From positions 1,824,001 through 1,888,000 of the forward strand of contig CAVYRF010000002.1 of the NCBI GenBank assembly GCA_963770895.1: a stretch of DNA of 64,000 nt, written 5' to 3'. The first letter of the stretch is position 1, and every line of letters starts with the position of its first letter. The position numbers were made by a program, and so were the translations under genes. Source of the DNA: an uncultured Acidobacteriota bacterium (lineage in GTDB: Bacteria; Acidobacteriota; Thermoanaerobaculia; Multivoradales; UBA5704). The notes beneath the pieces were generated by a model. That model was not told the DNA's origin, made no database searches, and saw only the letters and a list, made by a program, of their open reading frames with translations. This document shows, piece after piece, positions 56,038-64,000 of the stretch.

Positions 56038-56430
56038 ATGAATCGATTCGCCTTGGTGGGTTCGGCGTCTCTGCTCGTGCTGTGTCCACTGGCCATGGGG
56101 GCGGTCACCCTGACCAGTTTGCAAAGCAACAATACCTCCGCCTGCACTGACAGCGGCACGCACCAGAGTTATTGCTATCAGGGTTTTGCCGGCCAGACGG
56201 ATACCGACTTCAGCCCCCCGGTGGTATATGAGCCGGCGCCGGCCAACACCAGTGGCACCAACCTGACCCAGGCCGGCACGGTCAAGAGCGGCACCCACAC
56301 CACCAACCTCTGCACCCTCGATCCCAACATCCCGAGCGGCGCCACCATCTACGTCGAAGCCGAGGGCATGCCCTCCATCTTCAATCACCTGGTCACCAAC
56401 CCGCAGAAGTTCACCGGCACCTGCTCCTGA
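56038..56430 (+). CDS. Small secreted Cys-containing protein (130 aa)
   Basis: GAGG RBS, signal peptide, T/S/N-rich composition, strong coding bias. Confidence 0.7.
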   Translation: MNRFALVGSASLLVLCPLAMGAVTLTSLQSNNTSACTDSGTHQSYCYQGFAGQTDTDFSPPVVYEPAPANTSGTNLTQAGTVKSGTHTTNLCTLDPNIPSGATIYVEAEGMPSIFNHLVTNPQKFTGTCS

Positions 56431-56476
56431 TCGCGGCCTGTTCGATCTCGCCACGATCTGTGGGCCGCCAATACGG

Positions 56477-59422
56477 CTACGGCCTGTCGGCGGCCGCACG
56501 TCCGAGCACGGCCAGGATGAATGGAGCCCAGTCGCAGCGGTCGGCACGCTCAGGGTGGGCGTCCAGATAGGCGATCAGGCATCGCTGCAAGGCGATTTCG
56601 GGCGGCCGGTCAGGATGCATGCCGCACTCGCGGTGAAAGCCCACCATCACCTCGTACGCGACCTTGTCGAAGACAGGCCACAGGGTTCCCAGGACGCGGC
56701 GGGCACCCGCGGCGAAGAAGGCGCCCTGCAGGCCGAGCACATCGTCGCCCGGCACGTCGCTGAAGCCGCGGGCGGCGCGCGGCCTCTTGGCTGACCAGCA
56801 GGCGCTCAGCACCACGAGCTCCGCCTGCAACCGCCAGGTCGAGATCTCCACGCCGTCGATCGCCGCATCGCGCAGGTAGAGTCGCGACTCCATCGGTGCG
56901 TCCTCGGCGACGTCGGAGCCGTGGGTGGCGAAGTGCAAGCAGCTGAAGCTGGCCAACCCAGGGTCCGCCGCGGTCGCCAGCCAGCGCGCCTTGGTTGCCT
57001 CGGCGCCGCAGAGTGCGGTGCAGGCCACGCCCGCGCCCCGGTAGATGGCGGCAATCTCGTCGACCTCCCGCTCCACCAGCCCAAGAGGCGGCGCCAGCAA
57101 TCGCGATGTCGCCGAGCCGATCGCCAGGATCCGTGGCGCTGGAGCTGGCTCGCGCTCGAGCAGCAGACTGCCCAGGTTCGGCACGTGCGAGGTCGCGAAT
57201 CGCCGCACCAGTCGCGCGCCTCGCCAGGTGAGCGCGGGGAACGGAACCGCATGCAGCATCCGGTGCGGCGAAAGGACGAGACGCTGCTTTTCCTCCAGCC
57301 AGGGGAGATCCGGAAGCAGGACGCCCGAAAGGCGCGCCAGCGCCGCTGCAAGCTGGGGCCCAGCCGCGTCGGTCGTCGCGACACCGCGCTCCACCTCGTC
57401 CCGCTCCGCCGCATCGATGAAGCCCATCCGGCGATCGGCCGTCGCGTGGGCGTGGCGCGGGAAGGTGCAGGCCGCCAGGTCCTGCAGGAGCTGGGGCGAA
57501 AGCGTACGCGCCGCGAGGTGCAGCCGGCTCCGATCGATCGCCGCCACCAGCAATGTCTCGCGATCCAACCAGTAGTAGTAGAGCACCGCTTCGTCGGCCG
57601 CCAGGCGGCGTTGCACGTGCGGCAGGAGGTCGCGAACCGTTGCCGGCACCCCCCGGCCGGCATTGCGCTCCCGATGCGCCCGCTCGATGAACAGGCGCTC
57701 CCAGACCGGCCGGCGCTTGGCGAGCAGCGGTGAAGCCGAGACGCCGGCCGCGATCCGCGCGTCGATCTCGCGCGATAGCACCGCGAACTCGCGCTCGGCC
57801 GTCGCTTCTCCAGACCCATTGCCGAGCGATGTCGGCGCGTAGGTGAGCACCGAGCGACCCTTCGAAAGGTCGGCGAAGGTCAATGCGGACGCGGACTCGC
57901 CTCGTTGGTACGCGGCGCGGGATCCCAGGACATAGAGCGCCAGGGAGGTGCCGAGGTAACCCAGCTGCAGGTAGGGCGGCGTCACCTTGTAACGGTACTT
58001 TTCGACGATCGCCACTCCGCGCTCGCAATCCGCGGCAACCGCAGGCCAATCGGCACGGCGCGCGCGGATCTCGGCGAGTATGCGCAGCAGCTGCACGGCG
58101 TGCTGGTGGGGCTCCACGCGAGTCAGCAGCGCGACTCCCTCTTCCAGGAGCTCGACCGCCTGTTCATCGCGGTCCAGATCCACCAGCAGCTCGGCGTGAC
58201 GCCGGAGCGCCATCGCTACCAGCGGGGGGTGCTCCGACCGCCGCGCTTCCTGCTCGAGCTGCTCGGCGCGCGGCAGCAGCTTCGCCGCGGCCGCGGCGCC
58301 GCCGTTCGCCCTGCGCACCATCAGCAGAGCCAGCCGCAGCCGCGGAGCGCCGGTGTCGATCGGGGCCTGAGCCAGGCTCTTTTCGTACGCCTCGTCATTC
58401 CGCCGCTTCGCGGCGAGGAAGCGTTGCCGCGAATCGTGGTTCTGCCGCTCGAGCTCGCGGTCGGTTTGCAGCAGCAGCTGCTTGAGGGGACCATCCTCCA
58501 ACCCCTGGTCGAAGTCGATCAGCTCCCGCATGCCTCCAGGCCGCAGCAGCGGTGGCAGGTGGGACAGGTCGTCCGCCTCGGCCTCGCGCTCCCGCTCCCA
58601 CCCTTCGCGCAGAATCCGGCTCGCCGTCCCCCAGTCGATGGCCCGGTCGAGCATGTCGTCTGCCTGATCGGCGAAGCGCGACGCCTCGGCGCCGCTCAGG
58701 GGAGGAGCCGCGAACGCCAGCGATGTATAGATCCCGGCGAACAGCGAAAGCGTGGCGTCGACCTGCCTGGCCTCCTGCCAGAGCTTGGCGGCGGTCTGCG
58801 TTGGCGCGCCAGGATGGAGAGGGGCGATGCTGCGAGCGAAGGCCTCGCGGTGCTCCTGCGCGGTAGGCGGTTCGATCCCCAGGGAGGCGAGCTCCGCGAG
58901 CGTCGCTTCCAGCCGCCTGCGGGCTTCGAGACTGTCGCCGACACCGAGATAGAGGTTGGCGGAGCGCGCCAGGACCTCGCAATGGGCGAAGCTGCCTGCC
59001 GGTGTGCTGGCGAGCTCGGCTTCCGCCTGCTCCACGTCTTGGTCGAGGTCCATCGCCGCCAGTCGTTCCAGGCTGTCAAGTTGCTGCCTGCAGCTCTCCA
59101 TCCTGGACGCGCTGTCGAGCTCGGCAAAGAGCGCCGCCGCCTCCCGGTAGGATTCCTTCGCCTCTGCGAAGCGCCCGAACGTCAGCAGGACGAATGCCCG
59201 CCGCTCCACGGTTTCGGCGATGCCGTTGCGCAAGCCCGTCGTCTGGCTGGCGGTCAGCTCTGCGGGCGCCGCCGCCGCCAGGATGTCGCGCGCCTCGCGG
59301 ATCGCCTGATCGAGCAGCGGAAGATCTGCGGCCGTGGCGCGTCCGACCGAAGACGCCATGGCCAAGGCGGAGAACCGCTCGATTGCCGCTTGCAAGCGAT
59401 CGCGTAGCGGAGGTTTGCTCAT
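56477..59422 (-). CDS. TPR + CHAT (caspase-like) domain protein
   Basis: LHAVPFPAL, LHFATHG (His), LVVLSAC (Cys), AGARRVLGTLWPV and WAPF, with N-terminal TPR-like repeats. Confidence 0.92.
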   Translation of the reverse strand: MSKPPLRDRLQAAIERFSALAMASSVGRATAADLPLLDQAIREARDILAAAAPAELTASQTTGLRNGIAETVERRAFVLLTFGRFAEAKESYREAAALFAELDSASRMESCRQQLDSLERLAAMDLDQDVEQAEAELASTPAGSFAHCEVLARSANLYLGVGDSLEARRRLEATLAELASLGIEPPTAQEHREAFARSIAPLHPGAPTQTAAKLWQEARQVDATLSLFAGIYTSLAFAAPPLSGAEASRFADQADDMLDRAIDWGTASRILREGWEREREAEADDLSHLPPLLRPGGMRELIDFDQGLEDGPLKQLLLQTDRELERQNHDSRQRFLAAKRRNDEAYEKSLAQAPIDTGAPRLRLALLMVRRANGGAAAAAKLLPRAEQLEQEARRSEHPPLVAMALRRHAELLVDLDRDEQAVELLEEGVALLTRVEPHQHAVQLLRILAEIRARRADWPAVAADCERGVAIVEKYRYKVTPPYLQLGYLGTSLALYVLGSRAAYQRGESASALTFADLSKGRSVLTYAPTSLGNGSGEATAEREFAVLSREIDARIAAGVSASPLLAKRRPVWERLFIERAHRERNAGRGVPATVRDLLPHVQRRLAADEAVLYYYWLDRETLLVAAIDRSRLHLAARTLSPQLLQDLAACTFPRHAHATADRRMGFIDAAERDEVERGVATTDAAGPQLAAALARLSGVLLPDLPWLEEKQRLVLSPHRMLHAVPFPALTWRGARLVRRFATSHVPNLGSLLLEREPAPAPRILAIGSATSRLLAPPLGLVEREVDEIAAIYRGAGVACTALCGAEATKARWLATAADPGLASFSCLHFATHGSDVAEDAPMESRLYLRDAAIDGVEISTWRLQAELVVLSACWSAKRPRAARGFSDVPGDDVLGLQGAFFAAGARRVLGTLWPVFDKVAYEVMVGFHRECGMHPDRPPEIALQRCLIAYLDAHPERADRCDWAPFILAVLGRAAADRP

Positions 59423-59581
59423 GCGGGGAGCTCGCCCTGTCTCAAGGCACTAATGCTTTTCAGAGCCGCGGCAAGGTCCATCTCCGGTATCGACCCGCTG
59501 GTGCGGCGAATGTTTAACGGCCAGCAGTCATCAGACCCGGCCAAGCTGCTAAACTGCGCGCGGCCGAACGGGAACCATCGT

Positions 59582-60925
59582 ATGACAGGCATTCTGGAAA
59601 GCTTTTCGGCGGCGGGCTGGGCGCAGGTTGCGGGCTCGGATCGCACGCTGTACGACCTTTTGGAAAACGAGCACCGGCGCCAGGCCGAAGTGCTGATGAT
59701 GGTTGCTTCCAGCAGCGTTGCCGAAGCGGGCGCGCTGGTCTGCATGGCAAGCACGGCGATCAACGTTACCGCCGAGGGGTACCCAGGGCAGCGCTTCCAG
59801 GCCGGCTGCCAATATATCGATGCGATCGAGCAGCTTGCCGTGGACCGTGCCAAGGCGGCGTTCGGCGCGCGCTATGCCAACGTCCAGCCGCATTCTGCGA
59901 CGGTGGCCAACCAGGTCGTCATGTTCAGCCTGCTCGAGCCCGGCGATGTCATCCTGGGCCTCGACCTCAAGTGCGGCGGCCACCTGTCTCACGGTGCCAA
60001 GGCTTCCGTCTCGGGCAAGTACTTCCACTCCCTGGCCTACGGTCTGGACGGCGAGGGTCACATCGACTACGCCGCGGTTCGGCGGCTGGCCCTGGAGCAC
60101 CGGCCAAAGCTGATCATCTGCGGCACGACCGCCTATGCCAGGACGCTGGATTTCGGCCGCTTCCGCCAGATCGCCGATGAGGCGGGCGCCTATCTGCTGG
60201 CCGACATGACCCACATCGCGGGCCTGGTGGCGACCGGCCTGCATCCGAGCCCGATCGACCAGGCACATTTCACCACCACCTGCATGTACAAGCAGCTGTG
60301 CGGACCCCGCGGCGGGCTGATCCTGATGGGACGCGACTACGACTGTCCAGGTCCGCGCTCTCTGCCGTCCCTGGCCGCTGCCATGGATCGCGGCGTCTTC
60401 CCGCTGGTGCAGGGCGCCATCTCGCCGAGCTCCATCGCGGCCAAGGCGTTTGCGCTGGCTCGCCTGGGCAGCGCGGACTTCCGCGCCCTGGCGGAGCGCA
60501 TCCTGTCGTGCTCCCGCGGCATGGCTCAGGCGCTCACCGCGGCGGGATACTCCCTGGTCGGCGGCGGGTCGGACAACCACATGCTCCTGGTCGACCTTAC
60601 CTCCAGGGGTATCAGCGGCCTGATGGCCGAACGCGCCCTGGAACAGAGCGGCATCATCGTCAACAAGAACCTGGTGCCCGGCGACCATCGCCCGGCGACC
60701 ATCGCCAGCGGCATCCGGCTGGGCATGAACTCCCTGGCGGGAAGGGGCATGGCAGGTTCCGAGATGGCGGAGTGCTCGGACCTGGTCGATCGGGTGCTCG
60801 GCGCGATCACACCGACGGGCGACAAGGCCTATGTCCTGGACGCGGCGGTCCGGGACTCCGTCGCCGAACAGGTCAGGGCGCTGTGCAGGAGGTTCCCGCT
60901 CCCCGGCTACGTTTGCCAGGGCTGA
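59582..60925 (+). CDS. glyA: Serine hydroxymethyltransferase-family PLP enzyme, atypical
   Basis: EGYPG, NVQPHS, GGHLSHG, ADMTHIAGL, YKQLCGPRGG, VNKN and SGIRLG. Start could also be 59510. Confidence 0.85.
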   Translation: MTGILESFSAAGWAQVAGSDRTLYDLLENEHRRQAEVLMMVASSSVAEAGALVCMASTAINVTAEGYPGQRFQAGCQYIDAIEQLAVDRAKAAFGARYANVQPHSATVANQVVMFSLLEPGDVILGLDLKCGGHLSHGAKASVSGKYFHSLAYGLDGEGHIDYAAVRRLALEHRPKLIICGTTAYARTLDFGRFRQIADEAGAYLLADMTHIAGLVATGLHPSPIDQAHFTTTCMYKQLCGPRGGLILMGRDYDCPGPRSLPSLAAAMDRGVFPLVQGAISPSSIAAKAFALARLGSADFRALAERILSCSRGMAQALTAAGYSLVGGGSDNHMLLVDLTSRGISGLMAERALEQSGIIVNKNLVPGDHRPATIASGIRLGMNSLAGRGMAGSEMAECSDLVDRVLGAITPTGDKAYVLDAAVRDSVAEQVRALCRRFPLPGYVCQG

Positions 60926-63369
60926 TGCCAGGCCTGATCCAGGACGTGCTCGGCGGCCTGCGGTTCCTCCGCCAGCGGCCGGGCTTCACCGCCGTCGCCG
61001 TGCTCACCTTGGGCCTCGGGATCGGCGCCACGACCGAGGTCTACACCGTGGTCAGCACGGTGCTGTTGCGGCCGCAACCGTATCCGCAGCCGGATCGCCT
61101 GGTGATGGTTTGGGAGGACTACGTCACCCACGAACAGAATCGCCTGATCGCCCCTGCCGAGTTCGCCGCTCTCAAACGCGAAGCCAGGTCCCTGGATCAG
61201 CTTTCCGCGGTCGACCTGCAGCGCTGCAGCATCGTCGGCCGGGATCAGCCCGCGCCCGCGACCATCGCCCTGGTGTCCAGCGACTTCTTCCCGCTTCTGG
61301 GAGCCAGGGCCGCCATCGGCAGGACCTTCCTGCCCCAGGAGGACAGTCCGGGCCGGGGCCAGGAAGTCGTGCTCAGCCATCGTCTCTGGCAGCGCCGGTT
61401 CGGCGGCGACCCCCGCGTCGTGGGGGAGAAGCTCGACCTGCAGCTGGTGCGCGAGATCGGGCCGCAGCGCCAGCGGCCCGCGACCTTCACCGTGGTCGGC
61501 GTCCTGCCGGCGGACTTCGAGCCGCCCACCCCCGACATGGACGTGGATCTATGGGCGCCGATCGCCCTGGCGCCCGGCGCGGGCGGGAGCTCCCACTATC
61601 TGGAGGCGCTGGGACGGCTGCGCGGCGGCACGTCGCTGGCCAGGGCCCAATCGCAGGTGGATGCCCAGGCGCTGCACTTTGCCGCCTTGGGGCTGGTGCA
61701 CCAGGATCACTTCCGCTGCAACCTTGTGCCGCTGCGCGAATTTCTGGTCGGCGGCCTGCGCCCCGTCCTGCTGGTGCTGCTGTTCGCCGTCGGGTTCGTC
61801 CTGCTGATCGCGTGCAGCAACGTCGCCAGCCTCATCCTGGCCCAGGGCTCCTCGCGGCACTCCGAGATGGCGATCCGCGTCGCCCTGGGCGCCGGCCGCG
61901 GGCAGATCCTCCGCCGGCTGTTGATCGAGAGCGCCTTGCTGGGCCTGCTCGGCGGCCTGATCGGCCTGCTGCTCTGCCAGGGGTCTCTGCAGCTCCTGCT
62001 GGCGCTCGGCCCGGCGGATCTCCCGCGGCTGCACCAGATCCGGGTCGATTCCCACGTCCTCGCCTTCGCCTGCGCCTTGTCGCTGCTGACCGCGGTGCTC
62101 TCCGGGCTGGCGCCGGCCCTCCACAGCTCCCGCTCCGAGCTTCTGGCGACCCTCAAGGGCAGCGGCGACCGGCGCTCCACGGCGAGCCGCCAGGCCCGCC
62201 GCCTGGGCTCGACGCTGGTGGTGGCCGAGGCGGCCCTGGCGGTCGTGCTGCTGATCGCCGCGGGCCTGCTCACCAGGAGCTTCGGGCAGCTGCTCGCCGT
62301 CGACACCGGCTTCGATCCCGGGCACCTGCTGGTGCTGCGCATCTCCATGCCGGAAGGGAGCTTTCCGGTCACCGCCAATCGCCTTGCCTTCGTCCTGCGC
62401 TGCACGGAAGCTCTCGAGTCGCAGCCGGGCGTCCGCGCCGCGGCGGCCGCCAACCTCTTCCCGTTGCGGAACTGGAACACCGACACCTCTTTCCTGGTCG
62501 AAGGCCGCTCCGACCTGACGGCTGCCAACGCTCCCACCGCCGATTGGCGCAGCGTGACCCCGGGTTACTTTCGCACCCTGGGCGTGCCGCTGCTGCGAGG
62601 CCGCTCGTTCACCCAGACCGAGCTGCGCACCGGCGCTCCGGTGGTGGTCGTCAACCAGGCCCTGGCGCGGCGTTTCTGGCCGCGCGACAACCCTCTGGGC
62701 AAGCGCCTGAAGCAAGTGGTCAACGGCAGCGACCGGCCCTGGCTCACGGTGATCGGGGTGGTGGGCGACGTGCGCAACCAGGACCTGGGGAGCGCCGCGG
62801 CGCCCACCATGTACACGCAAAACTACTGGGCCCCCTCCGTGTCGCTGGGCGTGCGGACGGCGGGCGATCCGGCTGCCCTGGCCGGCCCCGTGCGCCGCCT
62901 GCTGGCGGGGCTCGACCGGGACGCCACCATCCAGGAGCTGAGCCCGATGCCGGACATCCTGCGGCAATCGGTTGCCCAGCAACGTTTTGCCGCCGTCATC
63001 CTGGGCGGCTTCGCGCTGCTCGCCCTGGTCCTGGCGGCGGTGGGGATCTACGGCGTGCTGGCGTTCGCCACCGGCCGGCGCGCCAGGGAGATCGGCTTGC
63101 GCATGGCCCTGGGGGCCGGCCGCCGCCAGGTGCTGGCGCTGGTGGTCGGCCAGGGCATGGCCCCGGTGCTCGCCGGCCTGCTGCTCGGCGTCGCCGTGGC
63201 GGCCGGCCTGACCCGCTACCTGTCGAGCCTGCTGTTCGGCGTCGGCGCCACCGATCCATTCACCTTCTGCGCCGGGCCGTCCATCCTGGTCGGCGTCGCC
63301 CTGGCCGCCTGCCTGCTGCCGGCGTGGCGCGCCGCCCGCATCGACCCGGCAAGCTCACTGAACGCCTGA
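60925..63369 (+). CDS. ABC permease with duplicated MacB/FtsX domains (acidobacterial orphan-permease type)
   Basis: PGFTAVAVLTLGLGIGATT, LLIACSNVASL, EMAIRVALGA, REIGLRMALGA and PAWRAARIDP. TGATG coupling to the SHMT gene. Confidence 0.93.
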   Translation: MPGLIQDVLGGLRFLRQRPGFTAVAVLTLGLGIGATTEVYTVVSTVLLRPQPYPQPDRLVMVWEDYVTHEQNRLIAPAEFAALKREARSLDQLSAVDLQRCSIVGRDQPAPATIALVSSDFFPLLGARAAIGRTFLPQEDSPGRGQEVVLSHRLWQRRFGGDPRVVGEKLDLQLVREIGPQRQRPATFTVVGVLPADFEPPTPDMDVDLWAPIALAPGAGGSSHYLEALGRLRGGTSLARAQSQVDAQALHFAALGLVHQDHFRCNLVPLREFLVGGLRPVLLVLLFAVGFVLLIACSNVASLILAQGSSRHSEMAIRVALGAGRGQILRRLLIESALLGLLGGLIGLLLCQGSLQLLLALGPADLPRLHQIRVDSHVLAFACALSLLTAVLSGLAPALHSSRSELLATLKGSGDRRSTASRQARRLGSTLVVAEAALAVVLLIAAGLLTRSFGQLLAVDTGFDPGHLLVLRISMPEGSFPVTANRLAFVLRCTEALESQPGVRAAAAANLFPLRNWNTDTSFLVEGRSDLTAANAPTADWRSVTPGYFRTLGVPLLRGRSFTQTELRTGAPVVVVNQALARRFWPRDNPLGKRLKQVVNGSDRPWLTVIGVVGDVRNQDLGSAAAPTMYTQNYWAPSVSLGVRTAGDPAALAGPVRRLLAGLDRDATIQELSPMPDILRQSVAQQRFAAVILGGFALLALVLAAVGIYGVLAFATGRRAREIGLRMALGAGRRQVLALVVGQGMAPVLAGLLLGVAVAAGLTRYLSSLLFGVGATDPFTFCAGPSILVGVALAACLLPAWRAARIDPASSLNA

Positions 63370-63519
63370 CCATGACCGGCGGTGACGGCGAGGCCGGGGA
63401 GCTTCTGGCGAGCGGTAGCTCCTGGGTGTAAGCGCGGTTGAGGAGAATGCGGTCCCTGGCGCGAGGCGGGGCCATTGCGGCGGCGCGATCGAGCAACTCG
63501 AGTGGCAGGACCAAGCCGT

Positions 63520-63755
63520 TCCCCCAATACCTCGAACATGAACTGAGAGAGAGGATCGCCGCCCTCCTCCCAGGTGCGATGCAGGCCGACGTGCTCCTTT
63601 ACGAGACCTTCCTCAAAAATCAGCGAGGGAAAGGCGCCGTATGGTGGGAGCTACCAGGTCCTATCGCCAGCGCACTCCTGGTTGCAGGCGCCACATCATT
63701 CTTCTGGTTACTTCCATCCACGGACTCCCATCGAGTCGGTCGCTGTGCCCATTAA
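63520..63755 (+). pseudogene. Possible 3' remnant of a membrane-protein gene
   Basis: YLEHELRERIAALL..LLYETFLK followed by a hydrophobic segment, in less GC-rich DNA with no convincing start. Confidence 0.3.
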
Positions 63756-64000
63756 CCCCTTGCCGTTCTGCCAGATCTTCGAGCGCTGGATTGCCTCACC
63801 AGCGAGGCCGCTAAGCGGTCGTCCGAGCGCGCGGCTGAGGGAGAAGTAGCCGGATTAACGGGCGAATCTCTAGCGGTCTCGATTCTCGAAGCGCCCGGCT
63901 GCCTGGGCAGATTCCGAGGTGTGCGCCACCCCTTTCACCTCAGCGACTCCCGCCCGGCTGTGCGCAGAAGTTCCGCCTCGGAGAAATGAACGTAATTCCT

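Noticed and set aside
60298-60924. N-terminal extension of the ABC permease to 1023 aa
   Set aside because: It overlaps the SHMT gene out of frame; ATG 60925 is translationally coupled and matches the family start.
1-64000. CRISPR arrays, tRNA and rRNA genes
   Set aside because: No regular repeat-spacer pattern or recognisable structural RNA was seen; the repeats present are gene duplications or short VNTRs.

Overview
This is a very GC-rich bacterial window. Its gene set (XRE-TPR regulators, CHAT protein, duplicated-permease ABC protein, IPTL-CTERM protein) resembles Acidobacteriota; that assignment is inference. From left to right: (1) an array of double-HTH/TPR regulators interleaved with two paralogous secreted pro-peptide genes ending in TD[D/E]GSA[A/P]DPYGG, a candidate RRNPP-like peptide signalling system in a diderm; (2) DinB, a membrane protein and a PAS hybrid kinase; (3) a ~19.5 kb lipid A-type cluster (two ArnT/GT39, MsbA-like, WaaA, LpxL-like, DUF374, FabF plus a non-catalytic KS plus a long ACP, LpxD, LpxB), interrupted by a 2.2 kb RelE/antitoxin/tyrosine recombinase insert lying between reciprocally decayed duplicates of the waaA/lpxL 3' ends; (4) a four-gene cluster ending in a membrane protein and a trypsin-like protease; (5) a serine hydrolase with a CadC-like regulator and 11-bp-phased boxes; (6) a ComDE-like decarboxylase and a cyclase; (7) the top candidate for a novel system: a 1847-aa soluble beta-propeller histidine kinase coupled to a receiver-subtilisin fusion, followed by a stand-alone copy of the protease prodomain; (8) M20 peptidase, SWIM-SNF2 helicase, DoxX-cupin fusion, TPR-CHAT protease, atypical SHMT and an ABC permease. 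No rRNA, tRNA or CRISPR array was seen. All calls come from motif reading by eye; no database search was run.
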